This document shows, piece by piece, positions 1-9,183 of a DNA stretch of 35,864 nucleotides. The notes beneath the pieces were generated by a model. It worked only from the letters and a program-made list of their open reading frames with translations. It ran no database searches and had not been told where the DNA came from. The stretch spans positions 4,885 to 40,748 of the forward strand of contig PAYV01000006.1 of the NCBI GenBank assembly GCA_002715305.1, read 5' to 3'. A program made the translations under genes and the position numbers. Position 1 is the first letter of the stretch; each line of letters starts with the position of its first letter. Origin of the DNA: Rickettsiales bacterium. GTDB taxonomy: Bacteria > Pseudomonadota > Alphaproteobacteria > Methylaequorales > Methylaequoraceae.

Positions 1-2274
1 GTAATGGAAAAGTTTGGAGTTTTACCTGAAAAGGTTATTGACGTCCAAGCACTTGCTGGAGATTCCTCAGACAATGTACCAGGTGTGCCAGGAATTGGAC
101 CTAAAATAGCATCACAATTAATTAATGAGTATGGTTCTGTAGAGGAATTAATTAAAAAAGTTGACTCTATAAAACAAGAAAAAAGGAGAATTTCAATAAT
201 TGAAAATAAGGATTTAGCAATAATATCCAAAAAATTAGTAACTCTAAAGCAGGATGTTCCGCTTCCTTTAAATATTGAAAAATTAGAATTCAAGCCATTA
301 GATATTAATAAACTTTTAAAATTCCTTGATGAAATGGAATTTAATAGAATAAAAGCAAGTGTAATTTCTAAATATGGAAATTCATCTATAAAACAAGAAA
401 AAAAAAAACATGGTATAATTGATGAAAATAATTTTTACTTGCCTTTAAATGAAAAAATTAATAACGAAAAATATGAATTAATTGATAATGAAAATGCTTT
501 AATAGAATGGATTGAAATTGTAAAAGATTATGGTTTAGTAGCGATTGATTGTGAAACCAATTCTCTTAATGCAGTAGATGCCGACATTGTTGGCTTTTCA
601 ATGTCAATTGAAAATGGAAAATCTTGTTATGTACCATTAGGCCACAAAAATTGTACTAAGCAAATTAATTTGGATAGTTTTAAACAGATTGTTAAACCAA
701 TTCTAAATAGTGATTCTATTTTAAAGATTGGGCAAAATATTAAGTTCGACTTGATTGTACTAAGTAAATTAGGCTTAGATTTAAATAATATAGATGATAC
801 AATGCTTATGTCTTATGTTCTGAGAACGGGAAAAAGAGGACATGGTTTAGATGAATTGTCTCTAGACCTTTTATCATATGAAACACAAAAATATGATGAA
901 GTTACGACCATTGGAAAAAAAAAAATATCTTTTGAAGAAGTTGAAGTTCATTCAGCTTTAAATTATGCAGCCGAAGACGCAGACGTAACTTTTAGACTTT
1001 ATGAACTCTTAAAAATAGAGTTGATAAAAAATAAACTGTATGATTTCTATTTTTATGTTGAGAGACCTTTAATTAAAATTATAGCAGAAATGGAAATTAA
1101 CGGTTGCAAAATTGATAATGATGCACTTGTTAAACTTTCATCTCAATTTTCTGAAAAAATAAAACAAATTGAAAAAAAAATTTTTGATCATGCTGGAGAA
1201 AAATTTAATGTCGGTTCTCCGAAACAATTAGGAGAAATTTTATTCTCTAAATTAAAATTACCATATTCCAAAAAGGGAAAAAGCGGCAATTTTCAAACAG
1301 ATGTTAAAGTATTAGAAAAACTGAAATCAGAAAAGTTTGATATTGCAAGAAAAATATTGGATTGGAGACAATTTTCGAAATTAAAAAATACTTATTGTGA
1401 AGGTCTACTCACTAGAGAAAGTAAAAAAACAGGAAGGATTCACACATCATATGGAATGTCAAGTACACTTACTGGAAGATTATCATCAAATGACCCTAAT
1501 TTACAGAATATACCAATTAAAAATGAAGAAGGGCGTCAAATTAGAAAATCATTTATAGCTTCAAAAGGTTTTAAGATTGTATCAATTGATTATTCACAAA
1601 TAGAATTAAGAATTTTAGCTCATGTTGCAAAAATTCAAAGTCTAATAGATGCATTTCGTGAAAATCAGGATATTCATAGTGTAACAGCAAAAAATATTTT
1701 TCAAATTTCAGAAACTTCTTTAACAAGCGATCATAGAAGAAAAGCAAAAACAATAAATTTTGGAATTATTTATGGTATTTCACCTTATGGTTTAGCTTCA
1801 CAACTTGATATTTCAAATAGTGAAGCAAAAAACTTCATTGATCAATATTTCCTAAGATATCCTGGAATCAAAGACTATATGAAACAGACTATTCAAAATT
1901 GTAGACAAACAGGTTCTGTTTTTACTCCATTTGGAAGAAGGATATTTATTCCTTTTATAAATGATAAAATTGCAACTAGAAGAAATTTTGCTGAGAGATC
2001 AGCAATCAATGCACCTATTCAAGGTGGAGCTGCGGATATGATCAAACTAGCGATGCCTAAAGTATCAAAATTTTTAAAAACAAACTCTTTAGATACTAAG
2101 ATGCTTATACAAGTTCATGATGAATTAGTGTTTGAAGTTCCAGAAAAAGAAATTGATCTTATTGAAAATGAAGTACCTAAAATAATGACAAACGCACATG
2201 AATTAATTTTAAAATTAGACGTTCCTCTAAAGGCAGAAGTTGGAATAGGAAATAATTGGGACGATGCACATTAA
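1..2274 (+). CDS. polA: DNA polymerase I, 5' end truncated by the window edge. Present: H3TH part of the 5'-nuclease, the 3'-5' exonuclease domain and the polymerase domain.
   Basis: The frame is open from base 1. Motifs seen: SSDNVPGVPGIGPK (H3TH), AIDCETNSL (ExoI), RIHTSY...TGRLSSNDPNLQNIP, DYSQIELRILAH and QVHDELVFE (Pol A family motifs A/C). Confidence 0.97.
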   Translation, partial: VMEKFGVLPEKVIDVQALAGDSSDNVPGVPGIGPKIASQLINEYGSVEELIKKVDSIKQEKRRISIIENKDLAIISKKLVTLKQDVPLPLNIEKLEFKPLDINKLLKFLDEMEFNRIKASVISKYGNSSIKQEKKKHGIIDENNFYLPLNEKINNEKYELIDNENALIEWIEIVKDYGLVAIDCETNSLNAVDADIVGFSMSIENGKSCYVPLGHKNCTKQINLDSFKQIVKPILNSDSILKIGQNIKFDLIVLSKLGLDLNNIDDTMLMSYVLRTGKRGHGLDELSLDLLSYETQKYDEVTTIGKKKISFEEVEVHSALNYAAEDADVTFRLYELLKIELIKNKLYDFYFYVERPLIKIIAEMEINGCKIDNDALVKLSSQFSEKIKQIEKKIFDHAGEKFNVGSPKQLGEILFSKLKLPYSKKGKSGNFQTDVKVLEKLKSEKFDIARKILDWRQFSKLKNTYCEGLLTRESKKTGRIHTSYGMSSTLTGRLSSNDPNLQNIPIKNEEGRQIRKSFIASKGFKIVSIDYSQIELRILAHVAKIQSLIDAFRENQDIHSVTAKNIFQISETSLTSDHRRKAKTINFGIIYGISPYGLASQLDISNSEAKNFIDQYFLRYPGIKDYMKQTIQNCRQTGSVFTPFGRRIFIPFINDKIATRRNFAERSAINAPIQGGAADMIKLAMPKVSKFLKTNSLDTKMLIQVHDELVFEVPEKEIDLIENEVPKIMTNAHELILKLDVPLKAEVGIGNNWDDAH

Positions 2275-3065
2275 GACGATGAGGCCAACTTGTGTAAATG
2301 GACGAATATACCCCTCAATTTTTTTGCATCATTAATTTTTTCTTTAAAACAAAATCTTGCTATTCTTTCTTTATTTCTCAAATCGAAACCATCAGGATCT
2401 ATACCAATTAATTTCCAACCATTTTTATATTTTTTCAAGTTAGGTATTAATTTTGTTGCGTAGGAATTCACACTTTCAACATGACTTTCATTCATATGAT
2501 TAATTATTGACCTTTCATGTGAAAAGAAATTAGAAAAACCTTTACATATTATTTCATTTGCCCCAAACCATTTAACCTGAGCAAATCCTCCGACTAAATG
2601 TGCACTTTTAATTTTCATTGTATAGAAATTCATATCACTGAAGCTTGAATAAAAATTAGACGTTGGATGCCTAGTTAAAAATCTCTCCATGTGCCTTTTA
2701 TTTTTTGTAATTGTTAGTTCTCCAATTAAAGTAATTCTTGGACGAGACATTGGATCCTCGTATTCAAAAGGTAATTTTTTATTGTAAACAAATTTTGGAA
2801 AAAAATCATACATTTTTTGTTCTTCACAAATCATCAAAGAGCAAAGTTTCTTAAATTTAAGATTTTGTGTGTGTTCGGATAAGTCCGACAAAAGAAGAAT
2901 TGGTGATAGGTCATAATCGAATGCGGTTAAAGTAAAAGTTGAATAAGGAAATACATTTTTTAATCTTAGTTTTTTTGATGAAAAATTACCTGGATCAAAA
3001 TCTGTAGAAAGGAAACCTCTGGAGCATGATCTAACAAGTTGGCGAGCTGAGAAATTAATATTCAT
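2271..3065 (-). CDS. HugZ/HutZ-like heme-utilisation family protein (PNPOx-like split barrel plus a DUF2470-like C-terminus)
   Basis: 264-aa ORF. The layout and motifs (HLVGGFAQVKWF, HMNESHVESVNSYA, WKLIGIDPDGFDL) resemble pyridoxamine-5'-phosphate-oxidase-related FMN-binding/DUF2470 proteins. Assignment is from recall only. Confidence 0.55.
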   Translation of the reverse strand: MNINFSARQLVRSCSRGFLSTDFDPGNFSSKKLRLKNVFPYSTFTLTAFDYDLSPILLLSDLSEHTQNLKFKKLCSLMICEEQKMYDFFPKFVYNKKLPFEYEDPMSRPRITLIGELTITKNKRHMERFLTRHPTSNFYSSFSDMNFYTMKIKSAHLVGGFAQVKWFGANEIICKGFSNFFSHERSIINHMNESHVESVNSYATKLIPNLKKYKNGWKLIGIDPDGFDLRNKERIARFCFKEKINDAKKLRGIFVHLHKLASSS

Positions 3066-3103
3066 TGGTTTTTTTTTTTTATTTGTATAATCTAAGATAA
3101 TCT

Positions 3104-3574
3104 ATGAAAATTAAATTTTGTAAAACTAAGTTATTTTTTTTTTTAGTTTATATAGTTTTTTTATCACCAGTTGCAAGCACTGAAATCAAAAAATTAGTTA
3201 CTCATGGAGGTTTTGCTTTTGAAACAATGGACGGACAAAAGAATAGTGCTGCTTACATTTCCTTTTTCAATAATTCTAACCAAAATTTTACAATTAACTC
3301 TGTAAAAACAGAAATAGCTAATAAAGTTGAAATTCATGATATTCAGATAGAAGAAGATATTGTAAAAATGGTAAAATTAAAATCATTAAATATAGGAAAA
3401 AAAGAGCAAGTTTTTCTTCAACCTGGAGGAAAGCATATTATGCTATTTGGTCTAAAAAGAAAATTGCAAGAAGGAGAAAAATTTAAAATTTCTTTTGTTT
3501 TTGAAAATAAAGACGAAATAATAGCTGAAATTTTTGTTGTTAATAAAAATCTTAGAGAAAATTATATTAATTAA
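3104..3574 (+). CDS. Periplasmic copper chaperone PCu(A)C (DUF461 family)
   Basis: N-terminal signal peptide, plus an exact H-X10-M-X21-H-X-M copper-binding spacing (EIHDIQIEEDIVKM...GGKHIM). Confidence 0.8.
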   Translation: MKIKFCKTKLFFFLVYIVFLSPVASTEIKKLVTHGGFAFETMDGQKNSAAYISFFNNSNQNFTINSVKTEIANKVEIHDIQIEEDIVKMVKLKSLNIGKKEQVFLQPGGKHIMLFGLKRKLQEGEKFKISFVFENKDEIIAEIFVVNKNLRENYIN

Positions 3575-3577
3575 AAA

Positions 3578-4006
3578 ATGGAAGTTAAAACTTTCCATGC
3601 TACTTCAGTCGTCATTGATAGTTTTGGACTAATGATTTTAGGGCCAACTGGTATTGGAAAATCTGATCTAGCACTGCGATTAATTGATAATGGAGCTACA
3701 CTTATAACAGATGACATTACAATATGTAAGAAAGTAAATAATAAGGTTTTATTATTTTCCCCAAATAAAACTAAAGGCTTACTCGAAGTAAGAGAAGTTG
3801 GTATTATTAATGTTCCTTATGTTGAAAATATTAATTTAGTCATGATTATAGATTTATTAAAAACAAATAATAAAAGAATTCCAGAAAGGAAATTCAAAAA
3901 GATTTTTGGATTAAAATTTCCTGTTTTGAGTCTAAATGGAAAAACTCCTTCATCTGTTATAAAAGTAAAAGTTAAGCTGAATGAAATTACAGAATTTAAA
4001 AAATAA
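3578..4006 (+). CDS. hprK: HPr kinase/phosphorylase, short alphaproteobacterial form (C-terminal catalytic domain only)
   Basis: 142 aa with P-loop GPTGIGKSDLAL followed by LITDD. The size and its context beside EIIA-Man and HPr match truncated alphaproteobacterial HprK. Confidence 0.85.
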   Translation: MEVKTFHATSVVIDSFGLMILGPTGIGKSDLALRLIDNGATLITDDITICKKVNNKVLLFSPNKTKGLLEVREVGIINVPYVENINLVMIIDLLKTNNKRIPERKFKKIFGLKFPVLSLNGKTPSSVIKVKVKLNEITEFKK

Positions 4007-4841
4007 AATTTTAATTGTAACAGGTCTTTCTGGTGCTGGAAGGACAACAGCTTTGAAAATATTTGAAGATATTGGATTTGAAGCAGTCGATAATCTTCCT
4101 TTTTTCTTACTCAATAGTATAGTTGAATCTAAAGTTAAAAAAAATTTGGCTATAGGAGTAGATATTAGGAGCAGGGAATTTAATGCAAAAAAACTTTCAA
4201 ATTTAATTATCGAAAAAAAAAGAAAATTAGAGATTTCGATTCTTTTTTTTGATTGTGAAACTAATATTTTGATTAACAGATTTAAAGAAACTAGAAGGGA
4301 GCACCCTCTCAAATTAGATTTGCCTATCTCTGACACTATCAATAGAGAAAGAGTTTGGCTTGAACCATTAAAAAAAATAAGTGATTTTCATATCGATACT
4401 ACAGGGTTAACACCACTTTTACTAAGAAAACAAATATCTGGATACTTTAATATTGACTCAAAAACAAAAATTAATGTAAGGATATTATCTTTTGGATTCA
4501 AATACGGAATACCCAGAGAAGCTGATTTCGTGTTTGATATGAGGTTTATAGAAAATCCCTTTTATGTTAGAAGTTTGAAGAAATTATCTGGCAAAGATGT
4601 TAAAGTAAAAAATTTCGTAGAAAACCAAAAGGTATTTATAGATTTTTTTAAAACAATAGATAATTTATTTGATAAAATTATTTCAGGATTTAAATCTGAA
4701 GGAAAAGAATATATAAATATTACATTTGGTTGTACTGGAGGAATTCACAGATCTGTGGTAGCTAGCGAACATTTTTTTAATATTTTAAAGAAAAAAAAAC
4801 CCATGAATGTTTTAATTGATCATAGGGATTTAAATAAATGA
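3981..4841 (+). CDS. rapZ: RNase adapter protein RapZ (YhbJ family, P-loop NTPase)
   Basis: N-terminal ILIVTGLSGAGRTTALKIFEDIGFEAVDNLP and C-terminal FGCTGGIHRSV motifs. The ATG at 3981 overlaps the hprK end by 26 nt. Confidence 0.9.
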   Translation: MKLQNLKNKILIVTGLSGAGRTTALKIFEDIGFEAVDNLPFFLLNSIVESKVKKNLAIGVDIRSREFNAKKLSNLIIEKKRKLEISILFFDCETNILINRFKETRREHPLKLDLPISDTINRERVWLEPLKKISDFHIDTTGLTPLLLRKQISGYFNIDSKTKINVRILSFGFKYGIPREADFVFDMRFIENPFYVRSLKKLSGKDVKVKNFVENQKVFIDFFKTIDNLFDKIISGFKSEGKEYINITFGCTGGIHRSVVASEHFFNILKKKKPMNVLIDHRDLNK

Positions 4842-5245
4842 TTGGGATCGTAATAGTTAGTCACGAAAAGATTTCTAAAGAACTTGTAACTGCGCTAGAG
4901 CATATAGTCGGCAAACAAGAGAAAATTGAAGCAATCTCAATTTTCCCTGGAGATAATGTTGAAAAAAGAAGAAAAGAAATTATAAACGCAATAAAAAAAG
5001 TTGAGACTGGTAAAGGTGTTGTAATTCTAACAGATATGTTTGGGGGAACACCATCAAACCTTGCAATCTCGGTTATGGAAGATGAAAAAGTCGAAGTTAT
5101 TGCTGGTGTAAATTTACCTATGTTAATTAAAATGAGTTCTCTTAGAAAAGATCATAATCTTAAAGATTTAGTTAAAAAATCTCAGGAGTCAGGAAGAAAA
5201 TACATTAATGTTGCATCAGCTTTTTTTGGAGAATCTAAAAATTGA
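4838..5245 (+). CDS. PTS EIIA component, mannose/fructose family (stand-alone, regulatory)
   Basis: 135 aa. MIGIVIVSHEKIS (active-site His near position 9) and LTDMFGGTPSN are typical of EIIA-Man. The start overlaps the rapZ stop as ATGA. Confidence 0.85.
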   Translation: MIGIVIVSHEKISKELVTALEHIVGKQEKIEAISIFPGDNVEKRRKEIINAIKKVETGKGVVILTDMFGGTPSNLAISVMEDEKVEVIAGVNLPMLIKMSSLRKDHNLKDLVKKSQESGRKYINVASAFFGESKN

Positions 5246-7305
5246 ACTTAAAAAAAATTGAGAAAAAAATTTTGATAACAAATAAACTTGGTCTCCATGC
5301 TCGAGCAGCTGCAAAATTTGTAAATTTAACATCTAAATGTAGCTCCAAATTTTTAGTTAAAAAAGGAAAAAATTCTGTAAATGGTTCTTCAATTTTAGGT
5401 CTCATGACTCTAGCTGCTTCCAAAGGAACTGAGATTCAAGTTCAGTGTATTGGAAATAAAGCTGAAGAAGATTTGAATAAACTAGTTGACTTGATAAAAA
5501 ATAACTTTGGTGAGGAAAAACCACTTCCAGAAAATTTAAATAAAGAAAAAATATATGAGGGAATAGGAGTCTCTCACGGTTTTGCAATTGGATATGTTGA
5601 AATCAAACATTCTTCAGCATTAAATTATTCAAGATATAATATACCAATATCAGGTATTAAAAATGAAATTAAAAGATTTGAAAAAGCAGTCAAAAAATCA
5701 ATTTTAGATTTGAAAAATATTATAAAAAAGATAAGAGGCTCTAAAAACAATATTTATGAAGAGATGAAGTTTATGCTTGAAGCAAATGTATCCATTCTTA
5801 CTTCATCATCTTTAATAAAAGATGCAAAAAAAAGAATCGAGAAAGACCTTGTTAATGCAGAACTAGCTATAAATGAGGAATTAAACAAACATTCAAAACA
5901 ATTTAGCAAAATTAGTGATCATTATCTTAGGGATAGATTTGATGATGTTAGACATGTTTGTGGAAGAATTTTAGATAATCTTCAAAAAATTAAAAAAAAA
6001 AAAAAAACCTTATTTAAAAACAAAATACTAGTTGCATCTGAGTTTAGTCCAGCTGATCTTTTATCAGATTTCAAGACCCAAATCTCAGGACTTGTAAGTG
6101 TGTTCGGAGGACCTGAAGGTCATTTTGCAATTGTTGCAAGGTCATTATCAATAGCAACTGTAGTTGGAATAAAAGATATAGTTAAAAATTTAAATAATGA
6201 TGAACTTATCATAGTCGATGGTGAAAAAGGTCGAATAATTCAAAATCCCTCAAAAGTAACTATGCAATATTACCAAAATAAAATAGAAGAACAAAAAAAC
6301 CTAGATAAAAAACTTAATTTGTTTAAAGATTTTGTTCCTTTTACGAAAGATAAACTAAGAATTAAAATAGAAGCTAACGTAGACAATTCACAGGAAGTCA
6401 AAGAGTCAATGAAAAAAGGTATCGACGGAATAGGGTTGTTTAGAAGTGAATATCTTTTTATGAATAAAAAAACACTGCCAACAGAAGATGAACAGTTTAA
6501 ATTGATAAAGAAATCCCTTTTATACTTGGAAGGAAAGACATTAACTATTCGTACACTTGATATTGGTAATGATAAGCAAGTTCCATCAATGGAAAAAATA
6601 TTATCAAAGTCTCCCAATCCAGCCCTTGGTTTAAGAGCAGTAAGACTTGCGTTAGCATTCCCTAAAATATTTAAGAAACAAATCTCAGCAATTTTAAGGG
6701 CTAGTAAATATGGTAAAATTAGAATTATGCTCCCAATGGTCTCTAATGTAAATGAAATAGAAGAATCAAAAAAATTGATTAATGAGGTACGAGACGGGTT
6801 AATAAAAAAGGGGGTTAAAATTTCGGAGAAGAATCCTGAGTTAGGAATATTAATAGAAACACCAGCTGCAGCTCTAATATCTGAACAGCTTTCAAAGAAA
6901 TGTGATTTCTTTGCAATAGGATCAAATGATTTAACTATGTATACTCTTGCAATTGACAGAGGTGACGAGGAAGTAGCGAAAATTTATGATCCAACTCATT
7001 TATCAGTTCTTAAATTAATTAAGTTAACATGCAATTCGGCCAAGAAAGCAAAAATTCCAATAAGTGTTTGTGGCGAAATGGCTGGAGATACGATTTTTAC
7101 ATCGCTATTAATAGGAATGGGTATAAAAACTTTGTCAATGAGTAGTTCAAGAATCTTAAGAGTTAAGCAATTTATAAGTAAAATTGATTCGGCCGATGCA
7201 AAAAAAATTTCAGAAGATATTTTGAATGAAGAAGATAATGTGCTAATCAAAGAAAAATTAAAAAATTATAACATGAAGGTTAGGAAACTAATTTTTAATA
7301 ACTAA
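5242..7305 (+). CDS. ptsI: Fused phosphocarrier HPr domain (about aa 1-93) plus PEP-protein phosphotransferase Enzyme I (about aa 105-687)
   Basis: HPr motifs: [10 protein letters not shown] (His) and [11 protein letters not shown] (regulatory Ser). EI motifs: [12 protein letters not shown] (His), [16 protein letters not shown] and VCGEMAGD (Cys). It is one uninterrupted frame. The TTG start overlaps the EIIA stop as TTGA. Confidence 0.85.
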   Translation: MNLKKIEKKILITNKLGLHARAAAKFVNLTSKCSSKFLVKKGKNSVNGSSILGLMTLAASKGTEIQVQCIGNKAEEDLNKLVDLIKNNFGEEKPLPENLNKEKIYEGIGVSHGFAIGYVEIKHSSALNYSRYNIPISGIKNEIKRFEKAVKKSILDLKNIIKKIRGSKNNIYEEMKFMLEANVSILTSSSLIKDAKKRIEKDLVNAELAINEELNKHSKQFSKISDHYLRDRFDDVRHVCGRILDNLQKIKKKKKTLFKNKILVASEFSPADLLSDFKTQISGLVSVFGGPEGHFAIVARSLSIATVVGIKDIVKNLNNDELIIVDGEKGRIIQNPSKVTMQYYQNKIEEQKNLDKKLNLFKDFVPFTKDKLRIKIEANVDNSQEVKESMKKGIDGIGLFRSEYLFMNKKTLPTEDEQFKLIKKSLLYLEGKTLTIRTLDIGNDKQVPSMEKILSKSPNPALGLRAVRLALAFPKIFKKQISAILRASKYGKIRIMLPMVSNVNEIEESKKLINEVRDGLIKKGVKISEKNPELGILIETPAAALISEQLSKKCDFFAIGSNDLTMYTLAIDRGDEEVAKIYDPTHLSVLKLIKLTCNSAKKAKIPISVCGEMAGDTIFTSLLIGMGIKTLSMSSSRILRVKQFISKIDSADAKKISEDILNEEDNVLIKEKLKNYNMKVRKLIFNN
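5992..6007 (+). repeat. A16 homopolymer, in-frame inside the HPr-EI gene (encodes KKKKK)
   Basis: Counted directly. The codons read ATT AAA x5 ACC. Confidence 0.95.
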
Positions 7306-7315
7306 AGGATTAAAT

Positions 7316-8602
7316 GTGGAAGATTATAAAGTTAAAGATATATCGTTAGCAGATTGGGGACGTAAAGAAATAAACATAGCAGAGTCAGAGATGCCTGGAT
7401 TAATGAGCTTAAGGGATGAATATAAATCACAAAAGCCGCTAAATGGTGCAAAGATTGCTGGATGTCTTCATATGACAATTCAAACAGCAGTATTAATTGA
7501 AACATTAATAGATTTGGGAGCATCTGTTAGGTGGAGTTCTTGTAATATTTATTCTACGCAAGATCAAGCAGCTGCGGCAATAGCTGAAAAGAAAATACCA
7601 GTTTTTGCTTGGAAAGGCGAAACAGAGGAAGAATTTTGGTGGTGTATAGAAAAAACACTTGATGGTCCTAATGGTTGGAAGCCTAATATGATATTAGATG
7701 ATGGAGGTGATCTCACAAAGCTATTGCATGAAAAGTTTCCATCATACCTTGATAAAATTTTAGGAATTTCAGAAGAGACAACAACAGGAGTTCTCAGATT
7801 AATAGAAATGGAAAAATCGGGATTACTTAAAGTTCCAGCAATAAATGTTAACGATTCGGTAACAAAGTCTAAATTTGATAATAAATATGGATGTAGAGAA
7901 AGCTTAGTTGATGGAATAAGAAGGGCTACAGATGTAATGATGGCAGGAAAAGTTGCAGTCGTTGCTGGTTATGGAGATGTAGGTAAAGGATCAGCAGAAA
8001 GTCTAAGAAATGCTGGCTGTAGAGTTCTCATAACAGAGGTAGATCCTATTTGCGCATTACAGGCAGCGATGGACGGTTATGAGGTTACAACAATGGAAAA
8101 TGCTTCCAAAAGAGCTGATATTTTCGTTACTGCAACGGGTAATGTTGATGTTATTACAATTGACCATATGAGAGAAATGCGTGATAGAAGTATAGTATGT
8201 AATATTGGTCACTTTGATTCAGAAATTCAAATTGAAGCATTAAGAAATCTTAAATGGCAAAATATAAAACCTCAAGTTGATGAGATTGAATTTCCTGATG
8301 GGAAAAAAATTATAGTACTAGCTGAGGGACGATTAGTAAACTTAGGATGTGCAACAGGTCATCCAAGTTTTGTTATGTCAGCCTCATTCTGCAATCAAGT
8401 ACTAGCACAAATTGAATTATGGAAAAATAATAAGAATTATAAAAATAAAGTATACGTACTTCCAAAAAAACTGGACGAAAAAGTTGCTGAGATACATTTA
8501 GAAAAAATTGGAGCTATGCTTACTAAATTATCAAAAAAACAAGGTGAATATATTAATGTTCCGGTCGCCGGGCCGTTCAAGTCAGATCAATATAGATATT
8601 GA
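7316..8602 (+). CDS. ahcY: Adenosylhomocysteinase (S-adenosyl-L-homocysteine hydrolase)
   Basis: [18 protein letters not shown]-terminus, NAD-binding [18 protein letters not shown], and a C-terminal ...[13 protein letters not shown] start 10 nt after the ptsI stop, preceded by AAAGGA. Confidence 0.97.
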   Translation: MEDYKVKDISLADWGRKEINIAESEMPGLMSLRDEYKSQKPLNGAKIAGCLHMTIQTAVLIETLIDLGASVRWSSCNIYSTQDQAAAAIAEKKIPVFAWKGETEEEFWWCIEKTLDGPNGWKPNMILDDGGDLTKLLHEKFPSYLDKILGISEETTTGVLRLIEMEKSGLLKVPAINVNDSVTKSKFDNKYGCRESLVDGIRRATDVMMAGKVAVVAGYGDVGKGSAESLRNAGCRVLITEVDPICALQAAMDGYEVTTMENASKRADIFVTATGNVDVITIDHMREMRDRSIVCNIGHFDSEIQIEALRNLKWQNIKPQVDEIEFPDGKKIIVLAEGRLVNLGCATGHPSFVMSASFCNQVLAQIELWKNNKNYKNKVYVLPKKLDEKVAEIHLEKIGAMLTKLSKKQGEYINVPVAGPFKSDQYRY

Positions 8603-8609
8603 GATAAAT

Positions 8610-9017
8610 TTATTTCAATGAAAGATTATATTTTTTAGTTAGATCATATACTTCATCTTCAGCCTCAAGCCAAAGGGGAATAGCATCGTTTAAAATTTCA
8701 AAACCCTTAGAAGTAATTTTAACTTTTTTATGACGACCATCCGGGCTTTTAACATTTTCAATAACACCTTGTTTTTTTAAAATCGCAAGGCTTCTTGTTA
8801 GTGTTGTTCTATCGATATATAAATCTTTAGATAATTCAGTTATTAAATAAGGTCTTCCAGATGCCAAAGAAGAAAGTATGGCAAGTTGCGTAATTTTTAT
8901 TCCGGTTGCCCTCAGTTTTTTGTCATAAAATTGAGTTATTACTCTTGATGCTTGCCGTATTCTGAGACACTTACAACTAAGTAATTGTCTATATTTATAT
9001 GAATTTACATCAGTCAT
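8610..9017 (-). CDS. MarR-family transcriptional regulator
   Basis: 135 aa. Winged-HTH region ITQLAILSSL...LITELSKDLYIDRTTLTRSLAILKKQGVIE...DGRHKKVKITSKG. Confidence 0.85.
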   Translation of the reverse strand: MTDVNSYKYRQLLSCKCLRIRQASRVITQFYDKKLRATGIKITQLAILSSLASGRPYLITELSKDLYIDRTTLTRSLAILKKQGVIENVKSPDGRHKKVKITSKGFEILNDAIPLWLEAEDEVYDLTKKYNLSLK

Positions 9018-9021
9018 TATG

Positions 9022-9035
9022 AATGTATGTACATT
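9022..9035. promoter_or_regulatory. Candidate MarR operator half-palindrome AATGTA-tg-TACATT, just upstream of the marR start
   Basis: A 6+6 inverted repeat with a 2-nt spacer lies 5-18 nt upstream of the marR ATG (9015-9017, minus strand). Arms this short are common by chance in DNA this AT-rich. Confidence 0.2.
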
Positions 9036-9183
9036 AGTGATTATTTTATAACCATTGAAATATATTCACAATATAAAAAACTCTTTACAAAATTTAATTT
9101 TTCTAAAATAAATCAATTCCCAAACATATAAAAATAATTGTTAAAAAGATTCTTCATTCAAAATACTTGAGCTAGACATTTAT

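Noticed and set aside
3069-3080. T12 run in the 38-bp divergent spacer between the HugZ-like and PCuAC genes, considered as a regulatory or phase-variable promoter spacer
   Set aside because: This is plausible in principle, since homopolymer length could tune promoter spacing. I cannot define the -35 and -10 elements in this spacer, and nothing supports variability. It is noted only as part of the homopolymer catalogue.
3950-4342. 130-aa minus-strand ORF over hprK/rapZ. Similar shadows lie at 6270-6617, 6996-7250, 18083-18403, 19004-19228, 27314-27559, 28385-28657, 34189-34464, 34985-35266 and 35565-35810.
   Set aside because: All lie wholly inside confidently identified genes on the opposite strand or in another frame, and none shows a recognisable motif. 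I treat them as non-coding shadows.
7306-7315. SAH riboswitch upstream of ahcY
   Set aside because: The intergenic spacer is only 10 nt, so a riboswitch cannot fit.
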